A stretch of DNA of 64,000 bases, from positions 94,792-158,791 of the forward strand of contig JAANOX010000244.1 in the NCBI GenBank assembly GCA_020184695.1, in the 5' to 3' direction. The DNA comes from Histomonas meleagridis 2922-C6/04-290x. Taxonomy: Eukaryota; Protista; Parabasalia. Of this stretch, positions 31,747-43,062 are shown one piece after another. Under the pieces are notes generated by a model, which did not search any database, was not told the DNA's origin, and worked only from the letters and a program-made list of their open reading frames with translations. Made by a program: the position numbers and the translations under genes. Within the stretch, counting starts at the first letter, position 1. Every line of letters starts with the position of its first letter.

Positions 31747-32748
31747 ATGAAACCAACAAAAATCGAAGTGATGAGAGAATATCATCAATTATGCCAAGAA
31801 TTGCTTCGCGTTAAAAAAGAAAAGGATGAGATAGATGATGAAATTTCGGAAAAGAAAAATCATTATGATTTGTTAATCAAATCTATTCAACAAAAAGAAA
31901 AATTATTGAACAAATTTGTTACAAAAATCACTTTACGTGAACAGGATTATAATGAGTTATGTGAAAAAACTGAAATTATTTCAGATGAAATTAAAAAAGC
32001 TGAAACAACAAAAAATAATCTTTTAAATGAAATATCAAAAACTAACCAGGAACTCAAAGAAGTGAGCAATGCATTACAAGCCAAAAACAATGAGATTAAA
32101 ACAGCAGAATCTGAACTTACTGAAATAAGAAAAAAACAATCAGAACACGAAACTAATATAACAGAATTAATTATTAAAATTAAAAAAGCAAATGATGATT
32201 TGCAAGTTATAGAGATAAATATTTCATCTAAAAATTCGAAATTAAATCAAATTAAAAATGAAATAAAACAATCAAAAGAAATCCTTTCTAACAAAAAACT
32301 TAAACTCAAAGCCCTTAATGATGAGCACGAACTTATTAACAAGCAACACCATGAAGATCTCACAAGAAATAACAAATTAAAAGAAGAAAATCAACAACTT
32401 GAAAGTAAACTTTCGAATGCTGAGAAACAAATGGATGATTATGAACATAAAATCAAAACATTAAACGATGAATATAATCAAAAGATGTCGGAATTATCAA
32501 AAGTTCGAAACTTATTTACGCGTATATCAACGTACGAAAAAGAGTATTCTGATATTGAGTCGCGAATTTTGGAATCCAAAAAAGTTGAAGAAGAAATCGA
32601 AAAAGAGATCGTTGCCAAAAGGAAGAAATATGCTGACATTTTGATGAAACTTTCTGATGCAAACAAAACTTACGCTGAGATGATGGATAATATTGCAATG
32701 ATTTCTTCACAATCTGATGGATCAGAGCCAAGTGAAATGGATAATTAG
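31747..32748 (+). CDS. Long coiled-coil hypothetical protein
   Basis: 333-aa ORF of continuous heptads. Confidence 0.75.
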   Translation: MKPTKIEVMREYHQLCQELLRVKKEKDEIDDEISEKKNHYDLLIKSIQQKEKLLNKFVTKITLREQDYNELCEKTEIISDEIKKAETTKNNLLNEISKTNQELKEVSNALQAKNNEIKTAESELTEIRKKQSEHETNITELIIKIKKANDDLQVIEINISSKNSKLNQIKNEIKQSKEILSNKKLKLKALNDEHELINKQHHEDLTRNNKLKEENQQLESKLSNAEKQMDDYEHKIKTLNDEYNQKMSELSKVRNLFTRISTYEKEYSDIESRILESKKVEEEIEKEIVAKRKKYADILMKLSDANKTYAEMMDNIAMISSQSDGSEPSEMDN

Positions 32749-33001
32749 TTCACGCAACGTTTTCTAAGAACTCCGAATAGCAGAAGCAATAGTTGATGGA
32801 ATTGAGTCGCTGTGTAAGCATTTTATTCCTTTTCTAATTAAAATATTTATTGAATCTTCAAAATTTTTTATGTAATTACTTGTTATTTTATTTTTCATAC
32901 AAGCTATATCTTTAATGCTTTTTTCTTATATTTTTGAAGAGTTTTGCAACGATATTAGTTTTGGCTTCAACGTTCCCATTATTTGGGGCACCCCATTCTA
33001 A

Positions 33002-34708
33002 ATGTCTCTTGGAAAATTTGAAAAAGAGCCGCTTCCAATCTCACAAGAATTCGATGCTCGTCACAAACGATTCTCTAGTAAGGTGGATATTGACAGATCT
33101 CGTTGGAGACAAAGAGCTCTTATTGATTCTCCAGAATATAAAAAAATGAGAGAACGCGCAATTCCAATTGCTCGTGCTGTGGCATTTGGTAAAATGTATC
33201 TTCCTGATCACCGTTATATATCACCAGACATCTTAATTTCATTAATTTCACAACATCTTCGAACCCTTGGTCTTCTTGAATCTCAAACATCTCTTCACTC
33301 GGAATGGGATGGAAAGTTTGAAATTCCTGCACAAGTTTCACATTCGCAACTTAATATATTAATTCAACATGGAATATATCGAGCTGAACGATTTTGGGAT
33401 CTAACTAAACCATCACAACGTTACGAGGAGAAAGAACGTCTTTCCTTCCTTGATGAGGAAATTTCTCGAACTATTGGTGGTCTTCCAGTTATGACAGATA
33501 ATTCTAAACCATTAGAAAGCGAAAAACTTGAAGATCCTACACAGATTCTTGTTGATCCCACAACACATGAGCTCCAACGTGCATCACTTAATCAACTTAT
33601 TTTACTTCTCACATCCAAAACCGATATCAAACTTACTGATGTCGCAACAGCTTTTTGTCTTACATACAAAACATATGCCACATCTCAAGTACTATTTTCA
33701 AAGATTCGAGAGCGCTTCATGATGGTAATCAAAAACGACGACAAATATGAAATCGACAAAACATTTGAACTTTTTGGGGAGTGGTTAAACGTTAACGGCG
33801 ATGAAATTGAACAAACTGTCATTGATGCTGTCAAAACATTTATTGACAAATATTTACGACCAAATTTCCAGCGCCATTGTTTACAACTTTTTGATAAGGC
33901 TACAAAAAGTACCGAAAAGAAAAGTGACTATTCCCAATTCCCACCAGTTAATATTGGGAAAACAATACAACTTTGGAAAGGCAGCTTTAGTGTATTTGAC
34001 CTTCCACCAGATGAATTTGCGAAACAATTAACAATATGGAGTTGTTCCAAATTTTATGCAATACAACGTACAGAACTTTTAAATGCTTCTTGGGAAAACG
34101 CACGCTTAATGCATAGATCACCAAATGTAGTAGCATTAAATAAGCATTCTAACCAAGTAACAAATTGGGTTAAAAGTAATATCCTATTAGGGAAAACATT
34201 TGAAGCCCGCGTTAAGCTTATTTCATACTTTACACAAGTCATGCGACATCTTTACAAGATGTACAACTTCTATGATACATCATCAATTTCATTTGCATTA
34301 AATAGCGAACAAATATCTCGACTAAAGACACACAAAGATGCATTAGCTGTAAGTGACCATAAGTTTATCGATGAAATGAATTCAATTTTCGGTGATTCAA
34401 GTACCAAATTAATACAAGAGCAACATCAAATCGCTTTAAAGAAAAAAGTTCCCTCGCTACCACATTTAGGGGTTCTGTTAAACTTCTTGGGCAGATACGA
34501 TGCAACATTGCCAAATACAATTGATGGATTAATTAATGTTGTCAAATGCGCGAAAACTTATAAATTAATTAAAGACATTGAAGTGTTCAAGAAGCCTCAG
34601 TACCAATTCTTACCTATACAACAAATTCAAGAAATTATTGGTAACTTACAGGCAATGGAAGAAGAAGCAATGACAATGGCTTCGGCTGAAATCGAGCCAG
34701 ACAATTGA
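33002..34708 (+). CDS. RasGEF (CDC25-type) protein with LisH-like and REM regions
   Basis: LISLISQHLRTLGL (LisH-like), FCLTYKTYATSQVLF (REM), FAKQLT...SPNV...NQVTNWV...NFYDTSSI...PSLPHLGVLL (CDC25). Confidence 0.9.
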   Translation: MSLGKFEKEPLPISQEFDARHKRFSSKVDIDRSRWRQRALIDSPEYKKMRERAIPIARAVAFGKMYLPDHRYISPDILISLISQHLRTLGLLESQTSLHSEWDGKFEIPAQVSHSQLNILIQHGIYRAERFWDLTKPSQRYEEKERLSFLDEEISRTIGGLPVMTDNSKPLESEKLEDPTQILVDPTTHELQRASLNQLILLLTSKTDIKLTDVATAFCLTYKTYATSQVLFSKIRERFMMVIKNDDKYEIDKTFELFGEWLNVNGDEIEQTVIDAVKTFIDKYLRPNFQRHCLQLFDKATKSTEKKSDYSQFPPVNIGKTIQLWKGSFSVFDLPPDEFAKQLTIWSCSKFYAIQRTELLNASWENARLMHRSPNVVALNKHSNQVTNWVKSNILLGKTFEARVKLISYFTQVMRHLYKMYNFYDTSSISFALNSEQISRLKTHKDALAVSDHKFIDEMNSIFGDSSTKLIQEQHQIALKKKVPSLPHLGVLLNFLGRYDATLPNTIDGLINVVKCAKTYKLIKDIEVFKKPQYQFLPIQQIQEIIGNLQAMEEEAMTMASAEIEPDN

Positions 34709-34856
34709 TTGTATTGTAAATAACTTCAAATTTTATTTGGTAAGTAAAAAATCGTTATTTAGAAATATCACTTTTTGCCAATAATTTGAGAATAAAATTT
34801 AGTAGAGATCTTAAAGTTGAAACCAGAGAAAGAACAATGGCGTTCGATTTTTCAGA

Positions 34857-35010
34857 ATGGCTAGTGTGACTAGGCATAATGAGAACACAAATATTATATA
34901 ATCGGAAAAGTTTCATTGCTTCAGGGCAAATTCTGCTAAGGTGACCATCAAGAACAAGTAGAATTTCTTGTATACTTAAAGGATATGGAAGTTTGATTTG
35001 CTGTTGCTTG
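34857..35010 (-). mobile_element. Fragment of a pogo/Tigger-type DDE_1 transposase
   Basis: ORF 34755-35057 contains LLVLDGHLSRICPEAMKLFRLYNICVLIMPSHTSH, matching the LLILDGH.SH...LP.HTSH motif, but it stops before LQPLD. Confidence 0.7.
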
Positions 35011-35016
35011 TTGATG

Positions 35017-36439
35017 TTATTGATGACAATTAGAATTTTCGTTTGTAATTTTTGCACGAAGTAAATTTACAATTCCTGTGTAACCTTTTTGTTGTGCAAT
35101 TTGAATTGCTGTTTCAAAATATTAAAACATTTTCCAAATTATTCAAATGAATATATTTTGCATTAACATCAATTACTTCTTTATCTAAAATATATTTCAC
35201 GAGTTCAATATTTCCTGATTCTGAAGCAATTGGCAAAATATCTATTGGAATTTGATTATTTTGAAGGAAGTATTTCACTAGATATAAATTTCCATTTATT
35301 GCTGATTCATTTATATTATCAGCATTAACATTAATTCCTATTTCGGCCAAAAATGCTAAGATTTCATAATTATCTTTTGTGATACAAAAACTGATCAAAT
35401 CATTAGTTTAATTTTCAGAAATTTTCGGTATTGATTGTATTTTTTCTAATTTATTCTCATAAATATATTTAAAGATATCATTTTGATGAAATTTAATTGC
35501 TGCTTTATATTGGCCTTCAAATGATGAATGATTTTGTTCACATAAATGAATTATCTCTAAGTTTCCACCTGCAATTGCATATTTACCTGCATTTATTACA
35601 TTTGCACCATTCATAATAAGTAAATATTTAAAACATTTAATTGATCAAAAAAATACTGTATAATCCATTAATGTAACATTTTCTAGGTTAATGAATGAAT
35701 ATCTTTCATAAAGTGATGGTTCAATATATTTATTAAAATTAAAATCATTTTGTGATGATATTTCTCGAAGTTTTTCGATTTCATCATTTCGAATTATTTT
35801 TGCAATTTCATTTGGATTATTTTTTTCTTTAATTAATTTCTTATGAAGTTCAAAGTTATTTGCTGAAAGTTTATCATAATCATTGGATTATTTCCTTCTT
35901 ATGAAGTGTCCAATCATTCTTTGGTAATTCTTCAATTTCTTTCGTGTGTTTTTAAAACAAATTAAAACTTTTTTTGTTTTATAATGAGCAAAATATTTTT
36001 GAATTAATAATTTATTGTAATACTTATATCAATTAATTTTTGTTCGTTCATTTTCTTGATTAAATAATCTGATTCTTGTGTGTTCATTGTATTTATCCAT
36101 ATGGATAAAAATTGATATTAGGTTAGCGATATTTTGATTAATTTCTTCTTCTTTCGTTTGAAGTGTTTTTAAAAAATTTAAGTAAATATCACATTCATGT
36201 TTTTGTGATGAAAATGTATTACAAACTAATTTACTTATAATAATATTAAATGTATTTGGAAAAATTGAATCAAAGAATCCCAATACTTTTTTAACAGACA
36301 CTTGGAACTTTTCTTCAGTTAAACAGAATACAATTTTCTCAAGCTCAATTAGAGATTTCAAGCAGGTTGATAGATCATTCAACTTTTTTTCTCCTGTGTT
36401 TATGGTAGTAAGCATTTGGTTCTGTATAAAATGTAACAA
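35017..36439 (-). pseudogene. DUF3447-type ankyrin pseudogene (nonsense TGA 35645-35647, TAA 35408-35410, upstream frameshifts) retaining two 17-nt intervening sequences
   Basis: Fragments align with the paralog at 55812-58644 (KIIRNDEIEKLRE, YTVFF*SIKCFKYLL, YAIAGGNLEIIHLCEQ). After removing 35136-35152 and 35116-35132 the end reads NAKY-G-ETAIQIAQQKGYTGIVNLL...HQ*. Confidence 0.8.
35116..35152 (-). other. Two 17-nt intervening sequences flanking a GGA micro-exon
   Basis: Sense: AAA TAT | ATTCATTTGAATAATTT | GGA | AAATGTTTTAATATTTT | GAA ACA GCA. Confidence 0.8.
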
Positions 36440-36509
36440 AATTTTTTTAACGATATCAAAATTAATATAAATTAAAAATTATTGCAACAAAAAGAGTTTT
36501 ATTTAATTT

Positions 36510-39500
36510 TTAATTTGTTTTCTTATGTTTTTGTTTTCCATCTCCCATAGCTTCTTCAGCTGCTTTTCTTGTCAATTCAGCCTTTCTTAATTCTCTTTGA
36601 GTATTTTCTCTGTTTTTATCAGCAATTGTCTTTTGCATTTGCATATTTTCCTTTAACATTTCCATGAGACCGAATTCGTGATATTCTTCTGGTAAAATAT
36701 CGTCATCATTTGAAACGTAATCACTCAAAGCTTCGACAACTTCATCTTTCACCAAACCTTCGGAAGCCTTTCTATTTCTTCTCGAGAAAATCCAAAGGCA
36801 CAAAGCTTCTGACAAGAAGGAAAGTAATGCATCCAATATACAATAAGATGCGAACTTAATTTGGAATGACGTTGAAGGATATGGTACTAATTGTAAGAAC
36901 TTAGTGATCGACGGGTGTAAACCTATCAAAAGTGCACCGATCATAACCGCTGATAAAATTGTACCAATTAATAACATTTTGTTTTCAGTGAATGATTGCA
37001 TGAAAGGACTACCTCTATAATTGATCAAGATTGTCACAATTTCCATTTCCGCCTTCATTATGAACATAGCTGTGTTTAATAACGAAGGTGAGAAATGTGC
37101 GAGATAATTAAACTTATCAACTTTATAACCAGCTGCATATACAAGTTGATGAGTTAAATATAAAAATAAGAAATGAAAACCAAATTGTAAAAGTACAGAA
37201 CATATTAAATATAAATTAAATTGACCTGGAAAAGGTCTTTCAACAGATAATTGACGTTTTGGTACAGCCCATGAAATTGACATCGAAGCAATCATTATAA
37301 TGGATGATGAAACCATCATTTGCCTTTCACCAAAACGAACATTTTCGATGAATAATACGCTGAGTGTATAAGCGCCTATTAAACAATTTAATGAAAGTTG
37401 TTTAAATAGGTCTAATGTACTTGAAAGTGTTGATCTTCCATAACGAATTATATCGATACATCCACTAACTGTAGAACGCTTAGATACAAATGGCGATGCT
37501 ATAGAAGCAGCTCCAAGTTTCGGCTTATATTCTTCCATTTCTTGTAGACTTTGTCCATTGTTATTAGCTTCTGCAGATTGTTCAATTAAACCTACGCCAA
37601 CATGCGCTTGTTTAAGTGCGCCAACATCATTAGTACCATCGCCACACATTATAGTCTTTTCTCCTAATTGATTTAACTTGATTATTATTTTCTCTTTCAT
37701 TTGTGGTTGCATACGTGCAAAGATATTACATTTCTTTACTACTTCTTCGAATTCGTTGTCATTTAATTTATCAATAGCTCGGCCTGTATAACATAATTCC
37801 ATTCCATTGTCATCCTTAATTTCATTACCATTCTCATCTGTTGTAGTTAAGTCATGAATTGCGATTGGATCTACTATCATATGAAGTGTTTTAGCAACAT
37901 GACATGCTGTTAATGGATCATCACCAGTTATAATGATGACACGATGTTTCTTTGATAATAATTCGGCAATTGTATCTTCACTTCCACGTTTTAATGCTGC
38001 AGAAAATATGATAAAACCTGAAAATGTCATTCTTTGCTCAATAACATCTCGTGGCGTTTGTGAATCAAATGTTTCTTTCGTTTGACCTAACTTACGATAT
38101 GCAAGTGTTAATACTCTACAACCTTGTCGAGTATAATCACGACAAACTTGATCATAATTCTTAGGTACATCTTCTAATAATTCTTTTACAGTATCTGGTG
38201 CACCTTTCATTAATGCATAAAGTGTCGATGTCTTATCAACAGTACAAATTGTTGTCATCCTTCTTAACTCAGATGAGAAATGATATGATTTAATGTTTTC
38301 AATATTACATCTTTTATGTTCTGCTATACCACTTGTAGATAACTTGAATTTCATTGATGAAAATGCTGTGGCTTCAAGTGAATCACCTACAAGTTGACCA
38401 TATTTTCCTCGAATTAATGAATGGCAACCACCAATTACCCATAAAGCTTCAATTGGTATATTATCAGAATCATTGAAATAATTTCCAGTAATTTCCGCAT
38501 TCTTTTTACTTGGAGGTGCATTATTCATATCATCAACACCTATCATTCGATATTCTTCTGCTGTTAATGTACCTGTTTTATCAAAACAACATACAGATAT
38601 CATTCCTGCAAATGGTATACGATATGGTTCAGTACAATAAACTTTAAGTTTAGAAAGTCCTAATAATGATGCATTAACATTAAAGTTAAGTTGTACTGGT
38701 AAATCAGGTGGAATTGTCGCTGTTAAAATTAATAATGTTTCAACAATTAATCGAAAGTTATTAATTGTTCCTGCTTTCTTACCTTCAATTACTACATATG
38801 TAGCAGCTATAATACCAAATATACTTAAGAATAATAATAAATAAAATGAATCTTTGCTTTCGACTGTCATCTTATCTGATGCAAACATAATAGTACGGAT
38901 TAATCGACCTTGTGAACTTCCTAATCCGGTGGATAACACTGTACAAATGACTCCTTTAGATGGTAAATTCTTTTCTTCTGTTGGAATGATTTGTTCAATT
39001 GTTGTGCCACCAAATAATATATTACGTCGATTCTTAGCAAGATCTAATTGTAAATTAGGTGATAATGAATTAATAGGATCTTTAACTTGTGGTGTCGATT
39101 CGCCTGTTAACATTGCTTCGTTAACTACTGCGCGTCCATTTATAATGACAAAATCACATGGACATAATACTTCTTGATCAAGTAATACTAAATCGCCAGG
39201 AACTAATAAATCGCTTGTAATCTTTTTCCATTCCCCACTACGTTTAACATATACTGTAACTGGAGGAGTTTCAACTCCTCTAAGTTCTAATAGATTTGAT
39301 TGTCGTGTACGAACTGTTGTACCTTCCATGAATAAAAGCATAACAAGAGAAAATAAGGGATACGTCCAATACTCATCTAATAAATAACATAATATTGAAA
39401 AAACTTGGAAAACAAATAAAGGTGAACGAATTTGATCAAAATATAATTCAATGAATTTGGGTATAGGAACAGAATATGAGTTCTGGCCGTAATGTAGAAG

Positions 39501-40058
39501 ACGTGTGGCTGCTTCTCGATCAGTTAAACCTTTGTTAGAAACATATTCGGAAACTGTTAAATTAACTGGATACTTAAGTGAACACCATTGGCCATCAATG
39601 AGCTCACGCTTCTTTTGTTGGAAAATTGTATATGGTGGTTTTCCTTTCTCACGATTAAGCTTGACAATTCCTGGAGTTCCATGATATTGTTTGGGATAAA
39701 ATGCAACATGTGTTGCATTCTTTTCGGACGCCTTCATGTAATGGAATTTGCATCGAATATTAACACTCCAATAAGGAAGAAGTAATAATAAAATTTCGAC
39801 AAATGCAAGGATAATTGGAATCATAACATTTAGAGTATATGGTTCTAATTTTGGTACGTCAATGTGATCAAAAATAAATGCAAATGAGGAATTTGAAGGA
39901 TAATCTGGTTCTTCATCAATCCAAGAATCTTGAATATGTTGAATGCATGGACGAAGCGTCAATGGGAAAATAACAAGAAATATTATTATTTCCCATCTTA
40001 GCCATAATGGTCTTTGTTTTAATAAAACAGCTTTCACCATTTTTGGCCAAACAAACAA
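36510..40058 (-). CDS. P5A-type P-type ATPase (Spf1/ATP13A1-like)
   Basis: LTGES, PPDLP, CFDKTGTLT, KGAP, TGD, MCGDGTNDVGALK, ASIASPF. Confidence 0.95.
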   Translation of the reverse strand: MFVWPKMVKAVLLKQRPLWLRWEIIIFLVIFPLTLRPCIQHIQDSWIDEEPDYPSNSSFAFIFDHIDVPKLEPYTLNVMIPIILAFVEILLLLLPYWSVNIRCKFHYMKASEKNATHVAFYPKQYHGTPGIVKLNREKGKPPYTIFQQKKRELIDGQWCSLKYPVNLTVSEYVSNKGLTDREAATRLLHYGQNSYSVPIPKFIELYFDQIRSPLFVFQVFSILCYLLDEYWTYPLFSLVMLLFMEGTTVRTRQSNLLELRGVETPPVTVYVKRSGEWKKITSDLLVPGDLVLLDQEVLCPCDFVIINGRAVVNEAMLTGESTPQVKDPINSLSPNLQLDLAKNRRNILFGGTTIEQIIPTEEKNLPSKGVICTVLSTGLGSSQGRLIRTIMFASDKMTVESKDSFYLLLFLSIFGIIAATYVVIEGKKAGTINNFRLIVETLLILTATIPPDLPVQLNFNVNASLLGLSKLKVYCTEPYRIPFAGMISVCCFDKTGTLTAEEYRMIGVDDMNNAPPSKKNAEITGNYFNDSDNIPIEALWVIGGCHSLIRGKYGQLVGDSLEATAFSSMKFKLSTSGIAEHKRCNIENIKSYHFSSELRRMTTICTVDKTSTLYALMKGAPDTVKELLEDVPKNYDQVCRDYTRQGCRVLTLAYRKLGQTKETFDSQTPRDVIEQRMTFSGFIIFSAALKRGSEDTIAELLSKKHRVIIITGDDPLTACHVAKTLHMIVDPIAIHDLTTTDENGNEIKDDNGMELCYTGRAIDKLNDNEFEEVVKKCNIFARMQPQMKEKIIIKLNQLGEKTIMCGDGTNDVGALKQAHVGVGLIEQSAEANNNGQSLQEMEEYKPKLGAASIASPFVSKRSTVSGCIDIIRYGRSTLSSTLDLFKQLSLNCLIGAYTLSVLFIENVRFGERQMMVSSSIIMIASMSISWAVPKRQLSVERPFPGQFNLYLICSVLLQFGFHFLFLYLTHQLVYAAGYKVDKFNYLAHFSPSLLNTAMFIMKAEMEIVTILINYRGSPFMQSFTENKMLLIGTILSAVMIGALLIGLHPSITKFLQLVPYPSTSFQIKFASYCILDALLSFLSEALCLWIFSRRNRKASEGLVKDEVVEALSDYVSNDDDILPEEYHEFGLMEMLKENMQMQKTIADKNRENTQRELRKAELTRKAAEEAMGDGKQKHKKTN

Positions 40059-40593
40059 AAAACGTTTAATTTGATCGCAAAAAAATCTGGAAAATGCTTT
40101 TCAGCGAGACTTTATATTGTAAAATTATGATTTACTGAAGCTCTTATCAAGATCAATTTCAAAATCCAAATATGAAAAATTTGGTAATGAAATTGAAATT
40201 ATTAATAATAATGATACACAGCTAAAATATATTTTTTATTGATTCTTCAATGCTAATACAAGCTAAGCAAAATTATTATTGCAACTCTAAATATATGAAA
40301 TAATTTTTTATAAATTTTAGAGTAATAATTTTTTTTTGTAAAAAACAATTTAAATTTATATCTAATATAAAATATTTAAAAACCTATTTATAATCATTTG
40401 ATTTATTCTCTTTATGAGTGAATATTATAAAAAAGTCAATTTTTGTTATAAATAATATTAATTTAAAATATGCAAGTTACTCATTTAATTGTGAAAATTA
40501 AAAATTTAAAAGTACTAAATTTTTAGTGAGTTTATTTGATATATATCAAATATGATATATATTTTAGATGATTTTGATAAATGTTTTTCTTAT

Positions 40594-41230
40594 TTAAATA
40601 TTGATATTGTTGTTTTCATTAAAATCTTTTGCAAATGGATCAACTTCAATATGATCATTTTGTGAAAAGACTGTCGGTATTTCATTGATTTCTGTTTCTT
40701 CTTGATTAAAACTATTTGATTCTTCAATAGTGGATTGTTTCTTTTTCTTAATAACTTTAATTAATATAATTATCATTATAATAATAACAATAATAATAAT
40801 ATAAATATTCGTTTGATTATCATTAATAATATCTTCAATTTGAGCTAAAATATATAAATCTGAATAATATATAAAATATTTTGAATATATAATAATTGTA
40901 TAATCATAAAATACAATTGAAGTTTGAAATCAATTTGTGAAATAATAAAAGAATTTGTTAAATAAGAATTATATACCGAAAATGATTTTGTAAATTATAA
41001 AATATAAGAAATAACAAAAGAATGTGTGAATGTTATATTTGATATTATGAATTCAGAACAAGTATATGATTTAGTAAATGTATTTGAATTTGTTAAAGAA
41101 TTACTTTGTGCGAATACATTTGTTGGTGAAAATGAATTTGATGGTGCAAAAGTGTTTGATTGTGAAAATGTATAAGTTGAATAAGTTATATTAATTGTTG
41201 GAAGTTCTAAAGAAATAGATGGATCTTATA
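40594..41230 (-). pseudogene. Degenerate BspA-family stalk/TM/tail fragment lacking LRRs
   Basis: Manual translation: TFSQSNTFAPSNSFSPTN...SYIL*FTKS...(frameshift)TSIVFYDYTIIIYS...IYIIIIVIIIMIIILIK...EVDPFAKDF. TAA at 40995-40997. Homologous to 1020-1592. Confidence 0.7.
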
Positions 41231-41367
41231 ATTTTAATGAAAAAATCAGTTCATTGAAAACAAAATTTTGTTTTTTAAAGTATAACCAAACGCAGCGCAC
41301 AAGAATTAGCAAATTGTTAATTATTCGTTCAATTATTTTACCAAACACTGAAACATTTTTCTTTTAT

Positions 41368-42954
41368 TTAATACTTTACCATCAGTTGCGCTCTTGGCAC
41401 CAACTTCAAATCGCTTAATGTCTCTGCGAAATTGTTTCTAGTTAACACTCTATGCGGAAAAGCGATCTCAAACGACACGTTCCTCACCACTCTCACTCCG
41501 GACACGTTTTGTCTCAAGAAGTTGTACACGTCTTCCAACGTTTGGTTTGGTGCGAACTTTTGCACCTTTGCAGTTCCGTCTGGCAGCACCAGTCTCAGCG
41601 TGCACTCCGTGTGCACTTTCGGTGCGTTACTTTGCTGTTGCTGATGTTGCTGTACATTTTGTTGTGGCTGCGGCTGCGGTGCTGCTGCGCCTCCGTTTTG
41701 TCGGCGCTTTTGTTCTTCGCGCTGCGCTTGGATTCGCGCTTTGACTTTCTCGCGCTCCATCTTGTCGCGGATCTTCTCCCTCTGCATGTCGCGGAGCGCT
41801 TGCTCGCGCTTTTGCTCTTCGATCTTCTTCTTCAGCTCGAGCTGCTCAAGAACTTGTTTGCGGCGCTCGAGTTCGCTTTGCGCGCGCGCTTTCGGACTTT
41901 GCTCAGCTTCTTTGGCCGCGCGCTTCTCTTTGATTCGCTCTTGGTACTCACGGATCTTGGCGTCGATTTCCTCCTGCGTCTTTTGGTGCTTCGGCATTGG
42001 AATTGGTTCGCCACGTTCGATTTTGCCGATGATTTCAATGCAGCGATCGATGCTATCAGGGCCAACAGAATTTATGGCCATGTGGGCAAGCTCGTCGTCA
42101 TAGCCCATCTCAACAAGAGTGTTTTTGACGGCTTCGCCTTCGGGAGTTAACGGTTTCATGAGATCATTTGCAACTTGGGCAGACTTTCCGGATTGCTGTG
42201 GTTGCTCTGGAGATGGCTCTGGCTGCGATGGTTCGGTCTCTGTGGATGGCTGTGATTGAGGTTGTGGAATTTCTTCTTCTTCCGGTTCGTTTTGATGTTG
42301 TTCAATGTAATCAAGAATGGCGTCAACGTCGCCACCATTTGTACCTTTGTAGGCTTTGAGAATTTGATTATCTGTGAATCCCATATCAAGAAGAGTGGAT
42401 TTAATACCCTCGGGAACAGTAGTGAAAGAAGGCTTTGCAGGGGCTGGTGCAACAGGTGCAGGTTTAGGAATTTCTGATGGTTGGGGTTTTGGAGCAGCTG
42501 GTTTTGGTTTGGGAGCCTCGGTGGGTTGTGAGCCTTGCTGTTGCGCTTTGAGCTGTTGCTCGCGTTTTTGACGAAGTGTTTCCCAGAAATCTTGTTGTGG
42601 AGCAACAGGCCCTAAAGTATGAGCTGTACCAACGCACGATGACATGTGCTTTTCAATAGTTTGCTTTATTTGATTTTTATCAGCGCCAACAATTCGGGCA
42701 ACTTCATTACCATTTTTGATGAATACAAAAGTTGGAGTTGCATGGATTTGATATTGACGGGCTTCAGTTGGGCAATCGTCGCATTGGACAGTGCAAAATA
42801 CAACATTTTTATAAATTAGGACTAATGATTCCCAATAAGGATGAATTGCACGACATGGTGGGCAATTTGGATTACTAAAATCAACTGCGACTAATTTTGA
42901 ACCAGCAGAATTTATTGTGCGCGAAAGAGTTCCATCACGTACGAGAATTGACAT
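41368..42954 (-). CDS. Thioredoxin-UBA-UBA-coiled coil-UBX domain protein (p97 adaptor-like)
   Basis: VAVDFSNPNCPPC...ATPTFVF (Trx); LLDMGF and LVEMGY (two UBA); CTLRLVLPDG...FAP..TL...FPHR...L..L.LVPRAQL (UBX). Confidence 0.9.
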   Translation of the reverse strand: MSILVRDGTLSRTINSAGSKLVAVDFSNPNCPPCRAIHPYWESLVLIYKNVVFCTVQCDDCPTEARQYQIHATPTFVFIKNGNEVARIVGADKNQIKQTIEKHMSSCVGTAHTLGPVAPQQDFWETLRQKREQQLKAQQQGSQPTEAPKPKPAAPKPQPSEIPKPAPVAPAPAKPSFTTVPEGIKSTLLDMGFTDNQILKAYKGTNGGDVDAILDYIEQHQNEPEEEEIPQPQSQPSTETEPSQPEPSPEQPQQSGKSAQVANDLMKPLTPEGEAVKNTLVEMGYDDELAHMAINSVGPDSIDRCIEIIGKIERGEPIPMPKHQKTQEEIDAKIREYQERIKEKRAAKEAEQSPKARAQSELERRKQVLEQLELKKKIEEQKREQALRDMQREKIRDKMEREKVKARIQAQREEQKRRQNGGAAAPQPQPQQNVQQHQQQQSNAPKVHTECTLRLVLPDGTAKVQKFAPNQTLEDVYNFLRQNVSGVRVVRNVSFEIAFPHRVLTRNNFAETLSDLKLVPRAQLMVKY

Positions 42955-43062
42955 TATGATTTCTAATTTGCCAATTTATGATCGTCCGACCAATTATAGT
43001 CTTAATTTAAACGTGCTATGATATGGCACTTTTCGGAAAGTGCTGGGGCTTATGGGATTTAA

